Assembly (NCBI GenBank): GCA_964415865.1
Contig: CAYQBY010000003.1
Location: 3,158-67,157, forward strand
DNA length: 64,000 bases
Origin: an uncultured Piscirickettsiaceae bacterium
GTDB lineage: Bacteria; Pseudomonadota; Gammaproteobacteria; GCF-002020875
Direction of reading: 5' to 3'
The position numbers were made by a program, and so were the translations under genes. The notes below the pieces were generated by a model that searched no databases, was not told the origin of the DNA, and worked only from the letters and a program-made list of their open reading frames with translations. Below are positions 39,404 through 48,411 of the stretch, piece by piece (the first letter of the stretch is position 1; every line of letters begins with the position of its first letter).

Positions 39404-41095
39404 TCACCATTTTACAGCATTGATCTCCGCTTTTGGATTGTCAAATCCGAGCTTGTAACCAAATGAGACATGGTGGAAGCGTCCATTTGTATAGTCATCG
39501 TGGATGGCGAAACCAAAGTTATAGACCTGGTCCAGTACCAGAGTTAGGTCATCTACATCACCAGAACTGAGCTTGCGCTTCATATCTACCACCCAGTTAC
39601 CCTGATCATCTCTCTTGCCCTCAAACTCAAGGTCACCACTATTACCACTCATATCACGATCAGCAAGTATCATTCCATCCTCAGCCTGCTTACTACCCGA
39701 CTTGTAGCGCACAAGATCCATGATCTTTTTCTGATCCAGTGCCGCCTTAATCTCTTCAGGCTTTCTCAGCTTGTCCCAGCCACCACGCTTCTTGCCACGA
39801 CGCCCCTTCACCTCAATCTTGGTACGTGACTCCTTGGTGTATTTGGTTACATCTGTACCCTCTGGCTGATGAGGCATACCGTTGGCATCATGGTGACAAG
39901 TTCCCCAACAACCTGCTCTATCCGCAAACTCAACCTCATCTGTAGCAAACATCATTGCCAGCTTGACAGGGTTCTCAGGATCCATCCGCTCAGAATCTGC
40001 AACTGGCTTATACTCTGTTGCTTCATTATGGTGGGCAACATCATGCCAGATAAACCGCATATATAGATTCTCACCATCATGTGCGGCCTTCACCATCACC
40101 GGGATTCCACCTCGCTTGCCAGGAATTGGAGTGGGCTCCATCGCCTTCTCATGCTTTCCACCAACAATACGGTCACCCATAACCTTGGCCTCTTTATCAT
40201 GACAGGTAAAGCATCTATCTCCACCCTTTTTAAAGGCATTTGCCCCACCATGATCTGTTCCATTAAGCACCCACTCTATGGATGTCTGTCCAGGATAGAT
40301 AACATAGATCTCTCTCCCTACAATAGATGACCAATCACCAGCCTTGGCTGATGCTGCCGCCTTGGCTGCTGCCTCAGCTGCCGCCTTCTCTGCTGCGGCT
40401 TTGGCTGCTGCCGCCGCCACTGGATCAAGATCAGCAAGCTGGAACAGTTTTGCCCCAGGTTTCGCCAGTGACTCGTCAGGGGCCTCCATAGCCTCCTTCT
40501 CCTCATCACTCAACAGCTTATGAACCCCTTTGTGCGCAACACCCTTATGACAGTCAATACAGGTCTGTCCCGATCTAAGAGCATTGGTATGTTGATTCAT
40601 AGCACGAGGTTTCTGCATGTCTCCATTCATAGCCTCAAAATTGTGGCAGTTCCGACACTCTCTGGAATCGGTACTCTTCATCGAACGCCATACATTTTTT
40701 GCCAACTGCAGACGTTTCGCATCAAACTTTTCAGGGGTATCAATAGTCCCCAGCACTTTATGCAACACCTCGTTACTGGCCTGAATCTTTCTGGCTACCT
40801 TATGTACCCATGGATCAGGTACATGACAATCCGAACAGGTTGCCCGTACTCCAGTACGATTCGCATAGTGGATAGTCTTCTGGTACTCCTTGTAAACATT
40901 GTCCTCCATCTCATGACATGAGATACAGAACTCAAGAGTATTGGTAACCTCCATTGCCGTATTGAATCCACCCCAGAAGATAATTCCAAACAGGGCAAAA
41001 ACCAGGCCTCCTCCAAGTGTCGTATTGAGGATCAAACGACGTGAGAACATCAACTTCATTCTCTCTTTGAAACTTGGTCTCTCAGGAATTGGCAT
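39404..41095 (-). CDS. nirT: NapC/NirT-family membrane tetraheme cytochrome fused to a ~370-aa C-terminal periplasmic domain with additional heme motifs
   Basis: N-terminal TM anchor plus four CxxCH (CISCH, CSDCH, CRNCH, CIDCH); Ala/Lys-rich linker; then CFTCH and CWGTCH; start chosen at MPIPERPS so that the nirS1 terminator is not included. Confidence 0.7.
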   Translation of the reverse strand: MPIPERPSFKERMKLMFSRRLILNTTLGGGLVFALFGIIFWGGFNTAMEVTNTLEFCISCHEMEDNVYKEYQKTIHYANRTGVRATCSDCHVPDPWVHKVARKIQASNEVLHKVLGTIDTPEKFDAKRLQLAKNVWRSMKSTDSRECRNCHNFEAMNGDMQKPRAMNQHTNALRSGQTCIDCHKGVAHKGVHKLLSDEEKEAMEAPDESLAKPGAKLFQLADLDPVAAAAAKAAAEKAAAEAAAKAAASAKAGDWSSIVGREIYVIYPGQTSIEWVLNGTDHGGANAFKKGGDRCFTCHDKEAKVMGDRIVGGKHEKAMEPTPIPGKRGGIPVMVKAAHDGENLYMRFIWHDVAHHNEATEYKPVADSERMDPENPVKLAMMFATDEVEFADRAGCWGTCHHDANGMPHQPEGTDVTKYTKESRTKIEVKGRRGKKRGGWDKLRKPEEIKAALDQKKIMDLVRYKSGSKQAEDGMILADRDMSGNSGDLEFEGKRDDQGNWVVDMKRKLSSGDVDDLTLVLDQVYNFGFAIHDDYTNGRFHHVSFGYKLGFDNPKAEINAVKW

Positions 41096-41127
41096 GGATA
41101 GCTCCCCAGGCAATACAAATAAGTTAT

Positions 41128-41162
41128 ATAAAAAAGCCGGCACCTGATATGCAGGTGCCGGC
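41128..41162 (-). terminator. Rho-independent terminator downstream of nirS copy 1
   Basis: GCCGGCACCTG-atatg-CAGGTGCCGGC stem followed by a T-run on the minus strand. Confidence 0.75.
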
Positions 41163-41173
41163 CACTACTCTAC

Positions 41174-42808
41174 TTAGGTTACGTGGTTAGTTCTACTGTA
41201 AACGTTGAACTTACCAGTTGGTGTGGTCAGTCCCTTGATACGAGCCTTCTCTTCAAGAGTGTCCGCATCATAGACTACGATCTCACCAGTTGGGTTACCG
41301 TTATCAGTACGGTTCCAGACAGAGACCCAGGCCTCACTTCCATCCTTGTTAAACTCAATATGGAGTGCCGCCTTACCCTTCTCTTCAGTTACACGGATGG
41401 TCTTAACGATCTCACCGGTCTCCTTGGAGATAACCTGTACAGACTGCTGGATCTCAGGCTCAGGATTCTTGACCTGATCTGCCCATACGTACTTGGAGTT
41501 TGGATGAGTACGGATAAACGCACCTGCTCCATCAGTCTCGATCTCACGTACGATCTTCCACGCCTTGCTTGGTGTACCAGCTGGATCATTACCCCATACG
41601 GTTACCATGCCTGTTCCCAGATGGACTGTAGCACCTACAGGACCATGCTTTGGATCATCCCAGTTTGCACCAGGACCAGGGTGTGGCTTCTTGCCAGTGG
41701 TATCAATCATCGCCTCAAGCTTGCGGGTCTTGGTATCAACTACAACCATCTTGTTGGATGCATTTGCCGCAATCTGGAAGTAACGTCCGGTTGGATCAAA
41801 GAATCCATCATGAAGATATTTAGCTGAATCAATCTTGGTGATTCGAAGATTCTCGATATCAGTGTAGTCAACCTGCCACATCTGTCCCAGCTCCTTGACC
41901 GCAACCAGGAAGGTTGGCTCGTTTGGAGTGGTGTAGACCGCAGCTACGCGTGACTCATTTACATATTCACCATCAACATTTACCCCGCGAGTGGATACTA
42001 CCTTCAGCGGCTCCATGGTCTTGGCATCAGCAATTACGAAGTGTGGTGGCCAGTAGCCTCCACCAATTACATATTTACCGTCACCAGAGATTGCAACATC
42101 ACGTGCATCGTATGCAATCTGGGTCTTGGCAACCAGCATGCTTCCTGGCTGTTGCCATAGATCGATCTTACTCATTACACCATCACGACCCATTGTGTAC
42201 CAGAAACGTCCGGCAACACCATTCTCTGGGTGCTCAGTCTCATGATGCTCAGTGGCCTTGATTACGTGTACTGCATAACCAGTATCAATATGGTCGATAA
42301 TCTCTTTGGTATCACCATCGATTACTGCTGCCTTACCGGCATCACGCTCGATTACTACGAAGAAGTTCTCCCAATTGCGGCCATGCAGTGGCTTGGTTGG
42401 ATAGTCCTTAGGATCGACAAATACCTCTGTGCGCTCCTTCATCATAGCCAGTGACATCTCTGGTGGAACTGGTGGCTCCAACTGGATGTAGGTGGCCATC
42501 ATTGAGATCTCTTCTTTACTGAAAATATCATCAAAGTTGTTCATTCCACCGTCTGTTCCGTAAGTCAGGATCTTCTCTAGACGCTCCTGACCTAGTTCAC
42601 GAGTATTTTTTGGCTCCAGGCTCTTGCCTGTCGCTCCCTTTCTCAGTACACCGTGACAACCTGCACAGCGTTGGAAATAGAGCTTCTTGGAGTGCTCAAA
42701 ATCCGCCTCTGATAGTGATGGCTCAGCACTTACTGTAGTACCGACCCCGCCCATTGCAACACCCACTGCAAGACTTAACGCAGTCAATGATAATTTCTTC
42801 ATATTCAT
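41174..42808 (-). CDS. nirS: Cytochrome cd1 nitrite reductase NirS, copy 1 (Sec signal peptide, soluble periplasmic)
   Basis: Signal peptide MKKLSLTALSLAVGV...; c-heme CAGCH; d1 eight-bladed propeller sequence; start taken at MNMKK. Confidence 0.92.
   Translation of the reverse strand: MNMKKLSLTALSLAVGVAMGGVGTTVSAEPSLSEADFEHSKKLYFQRCAGCHGVLRKGATGKSLEPKNTRELGQERLEKILTYGTDGGMNNFDDIFSKEEISMMATYIQLEPPVPPEMSLAMMKERTEVFVDPKDYPTKPLHGRNWENFFVVIERDAGKAAVIDGDTKEIIDHIDTGYAVHVIKATEHHETEHPENGVAGRFWYTMGRDGVMSKIDLWQQPGSMLVAKTQIAYDARDVAISGDGKYVIGGGYWPPHFVIADAKTMEPLKVVSTRGVNVDGEYVNESRVAAVYTTPNEPTFLVAVKELGQMWQVDYTDIENLRITKIDSAKYLHDGFFDPTGRYFQIAANASNKMVVVDTKTRKLEAMIDTTGKKPHPGPGANWDDPKHGPVGATVHLGTGMVTVWGNDPAGTPSKAWKIVREIETDGAGAFIRTHPNSKYVWADQVKNPEPEIQQSVQVISKETGEIVKTIRVTEEKGKAALHIEFNKDGSEAWVSVWNRTDNGNPTGEIVVYDADTLEEKARIKGLTTPTGKFNVYSRTNHVT
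41178..42721. repeat. Direct repeat unit A (1544 bp, 100% identical to 42890..44433), mature nirS coding region
   Basis: Identical spurious ORFs in the six-frame track at a constant +1712 offset; base-by-base boundaries checked. Confidence 0.95.
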
Positions 42809-42843
42809 AGTTCTCCTAAACAAAACAAAAAACCTCCTCTTGT

Positions 42844-42876
42844 AAAAAACCCCTTTAGCCAATCAGGTTAAAGGGG
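42844..42876 (-). terminator. Rho-independent terminator downstream of nirS copy 2
   Basis: CCCCTTTA-loop-TAAAGGGG stem followed by TTTTTT on the minus strand. Confidence 0.7.
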
Positions 42877-42885
42877 TCTCTTTTA

Positions 42886-44643
42886 TCAAGTTACGTGGTT
42901 AGTTCTACTGTAAACGTTGAACTTACCAGTTGGTGTGGTCAGTCCCTTGATACGAGCCTTCTCTTCAAGAGTGTCCGCATCATAGACTACGATCTCACCA
43001 GTTGGGTTACCGTTATCAGTACGGTTCCAGACAGAGACCCAGGCCTCACTTCCATCCTTGTTAAACTCAATATGGAGTGCCGCCTTACCCTTCTCTTCAG
43101 TTACACGGATGGTCTTAACGATCTCACCGGTCTCCTTGGAGATAACCTGTACAGACTGCTGGATCTCAGGCTCAGGATTCTTGACCTGATCTGCCCATAC
43201 GTACTTGGAGTTTGGATGAGTACGGATAAACGCACCTGCTCCATCAGTCTCGATCTCACGTACGATCTTCCACGCCTTGCTTGGTGTACCAGCTGGATCA
43301 TTACCCCATACGGTTACCATGCCTGTTCCCAGATGGACTGTAGCACCTACAGGACCATGCTTTGGATCATCCCAGTTTGCACCAGGACCAGGGTGTGGCT
43401 TCTTGCCAGTGGTATCAATCATCGCCTCAAGCTTGCGGGTCTTGGTATCAACTACAACCATCTTGTTGGATGCATTTGCCGCAATCTGGAAGTAACGTCC
43501 GGTTGGATCAAAGAATCCATCATGAAGATATTTAGCTGAATCAATCTTGGTGATTCGAAGATTCTCGATATCAGTGTAGTCAACCTGCCACATCTGTCCC
43601 AGCTCCTTGACCGCAACCAGGAAGGTTGGCTCGTTTGGAGTGGTGTAGACCGCAGCTACGCGTGACTCATTTACATATTCACCATCAACATTTACCCCGC
43701 GAGTGGATACTACCTTCAGCGGCTCCATGGTCTTGGCATCAGCAATTACGAAGTGTGGTGGCCAGTAGCCTCCACCAATTACATATTTACCGTCACCAGA
43801 GATTGCAACATCACGTGCATCGTATGCAATCTGGGTCTTGGCAACCAGCATGCTTCCTGGCTGTTGCCATAGATCGATCTTACTCATTACACCATCACGA
43901 CCCATTGTGTACCAGAAACGTCCGGCAACACCATTCTCTGGGTGCTCAGTCTCATGATGCTCAGTGGCCTTGATTACGTGTACTGCATAACCAGTATCAA
44001 TATGGTCGATAATCTCTTTGGTATCACCATCGATTACTGCTGCCTTACCGGCATCACGCTCGATTACTACGAAGAAGTTCTCCCAATTGCGGCCATGCAG
44101 TGGCTTGGTTGGATAGTCCTTAGGATCGACAAATACCTCTGTGCGCTCCTTCATCATAGCCAGTGACATCTCTGGTGGAACTGGTGGCTCCAACTGGATG
44201 TAGGTGGCCATCATTGAGATCTCTTCTTTACTGAAAATATCATCAAAGTTGTTCATTCCACCGTCTGTTCCGTAAGTCAGGATCTTCTCTAGACGCTCCT
44301 GACCTAGTTCACGAGTATTTTTTGGCTCCAGGCTCTTGCCTGTCGCTCCCTTTCTCAGTACACCGTGACAACCTGCACAGCGTTGGAAATAGAGCTTCTT
44401 GGAGTGCTCAAAATCCGCCTCTGATAGTGATGGTCCGGATGCAGCCACCTTGGCTGGTGCTGCTGGGGCTGGAGCAGGGGCTGGTGCCGCTGCTGGAGCT
44501 GGTGCTGGTGCTGGTGCTGGTGCTGCAGTTTTTGATGCACCTGAATCACCAGAGTCACCACACCCTGATAATCCCAGAGTCATGACTATTGCCAGACTCA
44601 GGGTTGCACCCTTCTTGAAACTCCTCTTCTTACCATCGATCAT
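42886..44643 (-). CDS. nirS: Cytochrome cd1 nitrite reductase NirS, copy 2, lipoprotein form with a Pro/Ala-rich linker
   Basis: Lipobox LGLSGC followed by (PA)n linker; then identical to copy 1 from SLSEADFEH to the C-terminus. Confidence 0.9.
   Translation of the reverse strand: MIDGKKRSFKKGATLSLAIVMTLGLSGCGDSGDSGASKTAAPAPAPAPAPAAAPAPAPAPAAPAKVAASGPSLSEADFEHSKKLYFQRCAGCHGVLRKGATGKSLEPKNTRELGQERLEKILTYGTDGGMNNFDDIFSKEEISMMATYIQLEPPVPPEMSLAMMKERTEVFVDPKDYPTKPLHGRNWENFFVVIERDAGKAAVIDGDTKEIIDHIDTGYAVHVIKATEHHETEHPENGVAGRFWYTMGRDGVMSKIDLWQQPGSMLVAKTQIAYDARDVAISGDGKYVIGGGYWPPHFVIADAKTMEPLKVVSTRGVNVDGEYVNESRVAAVYTTPNEPTFLVAVKELGQMWQVDYTDIENLRITKIDSAKYLHDGFFDPTGRYFQIAANASNKMVVVDTKTRKLEAMIDTTGKKPHPGPGANWDDPKHGPVGATVHLGTGMVTVWGNDPAGTPSKAWKIVREIETDGAGAFIRTHPNSKYVWADQVKNPEPEIQQSVQVISKETGEIVKTIRVTEEKGKAALHIEFNKDGSEAWVSVWNRTDNGNPTGEIVVYDADTLEEKARIKGLTTPTGKFNVYSRTNHVT
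42890..44433. repeat. Direct repeat unit B (1544 bp, identical to 41178..42721)
   Basis: As above. Confidence 0.95.
44458..44530. repeat. Simple-sequence repeat (GCTGGT/GCTGGG)n encoding the Pro-Ala linker of lipoprotein NirS
   Basis: gctggggctggagcaggggctggtgccgctgctggagctggtgctggtgctggtgctggtgctg. Confidence 0.85.
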
Positions 44644-44771
44644 CTTGGATATCCCTCTTTACTATTTACAGAAGATAAAACAGCAGGTGGAAAAACAGAT
44701 GTAATTCCCGTTCCTGTTGTCAGGTTTTTTTTACACGGGGGAAGGATCTACCAAAAGCCACCTGCAGTTCA

Positions 44772-44785
44772 TTGACCTAGGTCAA
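44772..44785. promoter_or_regulatory. FNR/Dnr-type box TTGAC-CTAG-GTCAA upstream of nirS copy 2
   Basis: Perfect 14-bp palindrome with TGA-N6-TCA core, ~135 bp upstream of the nirS2 start. Confidence 0.6.
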
Positions 44786-44864
44786 ACTACAACTTACTAA
44801 TATAAATTAACCCTACCGAGTGCTGCAATGGTTCAAATTCTACGTAGATAATGAGGCGTTATTA

Positions 44865-44878
44865 TTGATATGAATCAA
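44865..44878. promoter_or_regulatory. FNR/Dnr-type box TTGAT-ATGA-ATCAA upstream of nirE
   Basis: Perfect consensus FNR palindrome ~40 bp upstream of the probable nirE start (44915). Confidence 0.65.
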
Positions 44879-44914
44879 TTACGCATAATCTGTTTTCCAC
44901 TAAATTGTATACCC

Positions 44915-45724
44915 ATGAAAAAGAGTACTGAAAAAGAACCTGTTGTTTCACTGATTGGAGCAGGTCCAGGAGATCCTGACTTGTTAACAATCAAGGCATT
45001 GCGACGTATTGAGCAGGCTGAGGTTGTGGTTCATGACCGTTTGGTGAGTGAGGAGATACTGGCTCTTATCCCTCAGGGGGTGCCACGTATCTATGCCGGC
45101 AAGAGTTGCGGCAAACACTCCATGACCCAGGATGAGATAAATCAGACTCTGGTTAATCTTGCCAGGAATGGGCGTAGTGTTGTGCGGCTCAAGGGAGGTG
45201 ACCCATTTGTCTTTGGTCGTGGCAGTGAAGAGGCTCTGGTTTTGCATAGAGCAGAGATAAAATTTGAGATTATTCCAGGAATTACCTCTGGAATTGCCGC
45301 CACAGCATATGCCGGAATCCCTGTTACTCACAGATCACTCTCCAGAGGAGTTCTGTTCGTTACCGGGCACTTCAAGAATGATGAGGCAGTGGAGCTGGAT
45401 TGGAGTGGAATGGCTAACCCAGAGTTGACTCTGGTCATCTACATGGGACTGCATAATCTTCCGATGATAAGGGATAATCTAATTAGTCATGGACTCTCCC
45501 CCGAGACACCAGCGGCAGTAGTTGAGAATGGCACAACCAGAAAACAGCGCAAAGCAATCGCCACACTCTCCACTATCGAGGATGCTACCAGAGATAAAGG
45601 GCTATCATCCCCTGCGCTTATCATTGTAGGTAAGGTTGTTGCACTCAGTGATGAGCTGGAATGGTTTGATAAGGTTGCGGAAGAGTCTGCGACAATTGAT
45701 GCTGTAGCCCTGAATGCCTCATAA
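44915..45724 (+). CDS. nirE: Uroporphyrinogen-III C-methyltransferase (heme d1 pathway NirE/CobA)
   Basis: SLIGAGPGDPDLLT SAM-MTase motif; start taken at MKKSTEK, downstream of the FNR box. Confidence 0.85.
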   Translation: MKKSTEKEPVVSLIGAGPGDPDLLTIKALRRIEQAEVVVHDRLVSEEILALIPQGVPRIYAGKSCGKHSMTQDEINQTLVNLARNGRSVVRLKGGDPFVFGRGSEEALVLHRAEIKFEIIPGITSGIAATAYAGIPVTHRSLSRGVLFVTGHFKNDEAVELDWSGMANPELTLVIYMGLHNLPMIRDNLISHGLSPETPAAVVENGTTRKQRKAIATLSTIEDATRDKGLSSPALIIVGKVVALSDELEWFDKVAEESATIDAVALNAS

Positions 45725-45730
45725 TTGTGA

Positions 45731-46069
45731 ATGAAATTTTTATCTATCCTGCTGATACCACTACTATCTTTTACTCCACTGCTCTCTAATGCAGCGGGCG
45801 AAGAGCCGCTCACTGAGCAGAGAAAAGGCGAGATTACTCACATGGTTAAACAGGATTGTGGCTCTTGTCATGGGCTAACCCTTAAGGGAGGGTTAGGCCC
45901 AAGCCTCGATCCGGTACGACTCAACCTCTATCCTGAAGGTTTTTTGGAGACCACTATATTTCATGGCCGCCCCGGAACCCCAATGCCACCATGGGCCCCT
46001 ATTTTAACTGGTAGTGAGATTAGCTACATTGCCACTCAATTATTGAAAGGTAGCTGGTATGAAAAGTAA
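45731..46069 (+). CDS. nirC: Monoheme cytochrome c (NirC/c55X-like)
   Basis: Signal peptide; CGSCH. Confidence 0.7.
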   Translation: MKFLSILLIPLLSFTPLLSNAAGEEPLTEQRKGEITHMVKQDCGSCHGLTLKGGLGPSLDPVRLNLYPEGFLETTIFHGRPGTPMPPWAPILTGSEISYIATQLLKGSWYEK

Positions 46070-47240
46070 CTTATTGATTTCCATTGTTATTCTACTGGGA
46101 ACTGTTCATACCTCACTATCTGCCTGTGAGACCAGAGGAACTGGTGATCTGGGCATAGTAATCGAGCGTGCCAGCGGATCCATTCAGATTATCGACACTA
46201 CAGAACGTGCCTCACTAGGACGCATAGAGGGGCTTGGTGACCTCTCTCACGCCTCTGCCGTCTACTCACGCGACGCCCGTTATGCCTTTATCTTTGGCAG
46301 GGATGGCGGCCTCACCAAGATTGATATTCTCTGCAAAAAGATAGAAAAACGTATTATCCAGGGCGGCAACAGTATTGGTGGGGCAATTTCTCAGGATGGA
46401 AAATGGGTTGCTGTCTCAAACTATGAGCCTGGTGGTGTCCGTATTTTTAACAGCAGAACCCTTGAGCTGGTGGCCGATATCGAAGCAACCGCACTATCAG
46501 AGCAGAAGAGATCACGAACAGTTGGTCTAGTAGATGCCCCCGGAAACCATTTTGTATTCAGTCTGTTTGACAGTGGTGAGATCTGGATTATCAAGATGAG
46601 TGATGACGGCTCATCATCCATCAAAAAGTTCACCGATATCGGCAGACAACCATATGATGGCTTAATCACCCCGGATGGACGTACCTACATTGCCGGGCTG
46701 TTTGGTGAGGATGGGCTCGCCCTGCTTGATCTCTGGCACCCGGAAAATGGGGTGCAACGAATTCTTGACCACTATGGACGTGGTGAACAGAAACTCCCTG
46801 TCTACAAGATGCCCCATCTTGAGGGGTGGGCAGAGGCCGGGGATAAAACATTTCTGCCGGCTGTAGGTCGCCACGAACTACTGGTGGTAAATAGCGGAAG
46901 CTGGCAAGAGAGCGGGCGTATTCAGGTACATAGCCAGCCAGTATTTGCCATAAGCCGCCCTGATGGACGACAGATCTGGGTAAATTTTGCGTTCCCACAC
47001 AATGATACCCTGCAAATTATTGACGCAGAGAGTCTAAAGATAATCCACCAGATACAACCCGGGAAAGGTGTACTGCATATGGAGTTTACACCCCGTGGCG
47101 AGGAGGTCTGGGTCTCGATACGCGACAAAAATCTTGTAGAGATCTATGACACAGAGACATTTGCACTCCTGAAGAGCCTGCCAATGGAAACCCCCAGCGG
47201 CATCTTCTTTACCAACAGGGCCGGACAGATCGGGCTTTGA
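46059..47240 (+). CDS. nirF: Heme d1 biosynthesis protein NirF (cd1-like beta-propeller, putative lipoprotein)
   Basis: Propeller similarity to the NirS d1 domain without a c-heme; LSAC lipobox. Confidence 0.8.
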   Translation: MKSNLLISIVILLGTVHTSLSACETRGTGDLGIVIERASGSIQIIDTTERASLGRIEGLGDLSHASAVYSRDARYAFIFGRDGGLTKIDILCKKIEKRIIQGGNSIGGAISQDGKWVAVSNYEPGGVRIFNSRTLELVADIEATALSEQKRSRTVGLVDAPGNHFVFSLFDSGEIWIIKMSDDGSSSIKKFTDIGRQPYDGLITPDGRTYIAGLFGEDGLALLDLWHPENGVQRILDHYGRGEQKLPVYKMPHLEGWAEAGDKTFLPAVGRHELLVVNSGSWQESGRIQVHSQPVFAISRPDGRQIWVNFAFPHNDTLQIIDAESLKIIHQIQPGKGVLHMEFTPRGEEVWVSIRDKNLVEIYDTETFALLKSLPMETPSGIFFTNRAGQIGL

Positions 47241-47317
47241 TAGTGCCAATCAATCTTGATTTTGAATTGATCCAGAACAAATCCGCCCCCTCTAAATAGG
47301 TAGATAATATCCGCTAT

Positions 47318-47827
47318 ATGGGTCAACCTCTCTCAATACAGGATCGTCGTCTGCTGAATGAATTTCAGCACCACTTTCCCCTCTCTCCTCGTCCCTATGC
47401 AGAACTGGCAAAGCGACTAGGTACCAGTGAGGACGAGATACTTGGGCAGATAAAACGACTCCAGGGTGATGGATTAATCAGTCGTGTGGGAGCAGTAATT
47501 CAACCTCACACCATTGGTTACAGCACGCTGGCCGCAATGAGCATTCCTGCTGAAAAAATTGATGATGTTGTCAACTTTATCAATCAGCTCCCACAGGTTA
47601 ACCACAATTACGAACGAGAAAATGAGATGAACATCTGGTTTGTGGTGACTGCTGAGGATGAGCATGACCTCAAGCGTATTCTGCAAAGAATTGAAAGAGA
47701 GACCGGTTACTCAGTGTACTCGTTTCCAATGGTACAAGACTTCCATATCGACCTTGGATTCAAGCTTGACTGGAAACATCCACTCAGCAGACAGTCCAGT
47801 TCTGTACATCCGGCAGCATTCTCATGA
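47318..47827 (+). CDS. nirD: Siroheme decarboxylase subunit (Lrp/AsnC-like), NirD
   Basis: AsnC-type fold; first of four paralogous genes. Confidence 0.7.
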   Translation: MGQPLSIQDRRLLNEFQHHFPLSPRPYAELAKRLGTSEDEILGQIKRLQGDGLISRVGAVIQPHTIGYSTLAAMSIPAEKIDDVVNFINQLPQVNHNYERENEMNIWFVVTAEDEHDLKRILQRIERETGYSVYSFPMVQDFHIDLGFKLDWKHPLSRQSSSVHPAAFS

Positions 47828-48411
47828 TAAGCAATAAAAACATAGTCACCACTGAAATTACTGAGGCTGACAAGATGGTATTGGCTGCAATCCAGAGTGG
47901 GCTTCCTCTAACCCCTCGACCATATAATGATATTGGAAAAATGGTTGGGATGAGTGAGGATGAGGTGATTGAGCGAGTCCATAAACTACAGCTTGATGGC
48001 ATTATCAGACGTATGGGAATTATCGTTCACCATCGTCCTCTGGGCTACAACGCCAATGCCATGGTTGTGTGGAATCTGCCAACTGATCTTGTTGGTGAGT
48101 TTGGCAAAAAGGTTTCCAAGCTTGAGTTTGTCACCCTATGCTATCAACGTAAAACTGATCCTGAGGCATGGCCATACAACCTCTATACCATGATTCATGG
48201 CAAGGATCGTGAGAGTGTAATGGAGAGGGTTAATACTCTACTGTCACTATCACCAATTGAAGACATGGATCATCAGATTCTGTTCAGCAGTCGTCGCTTT
48301 AAACAACAGGGTGCCCAATATTTTTCGCCTAGCAACGCAGCAGAGAATAGAGACACTGAGGAGAAACAGGGGTCATCAGACTCAGCACTGGAGCTGAAAT
48401 CGTCAGAATGA
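47824..48411 (+). CDS. nirL: Siroheme decarboxylase subunit NirL
   Basis: Paralog in series. Confidence 0.65.
   Translation: MISNKNIVTTEITEADKMVLAAIQSGLPLTPRPYNDIGKMVGMSEDEVIERVHKLQLDGIIRRMGIIVHHRPLGYNANAMVVWNLPTDLVGEFGKKVSKLEFVTLCYQRKTDPEAWPYNLYTMIHGKDRESVMERVNTLLSLSPIEDMDHQILFSSRRFKQQGAQYFSPSNAAENRDTEEKQGSSDSALELKSSE

Noticed and set aside
41183-43539. Identical 214-aa, 115-aa, 74-aa, 72-aa and 66-aa ORFs appearing twice in the six-frame track (e.g. 41183-41827 and 42895-43539)
   Set aside because: They are antisense or off-frame shadows of the duplicated nirS coding sequence, not independent genes. Their perfect duplication is simply a by-product of the 1544-bp direct repeat.
41178-44433. 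Possible CRISPR or mobile-element repeat
   Set aside because: The repeat units are 1.5 kb protein-coding duplicates with no short spacer/repeat periodicity. No transposase, integrase or inverted terminal repeats are present.
44355-44704. ORFs rich in AGAGAG/QHQHQ repeats (44399-44704 plus-strand, 44355-44561 minus-strand)
   Set aside because: These are alternative-frame translations of the (GCTGGT)n linker repeat inside nirS copy 2. The NirS frame is strongly supported by homology.
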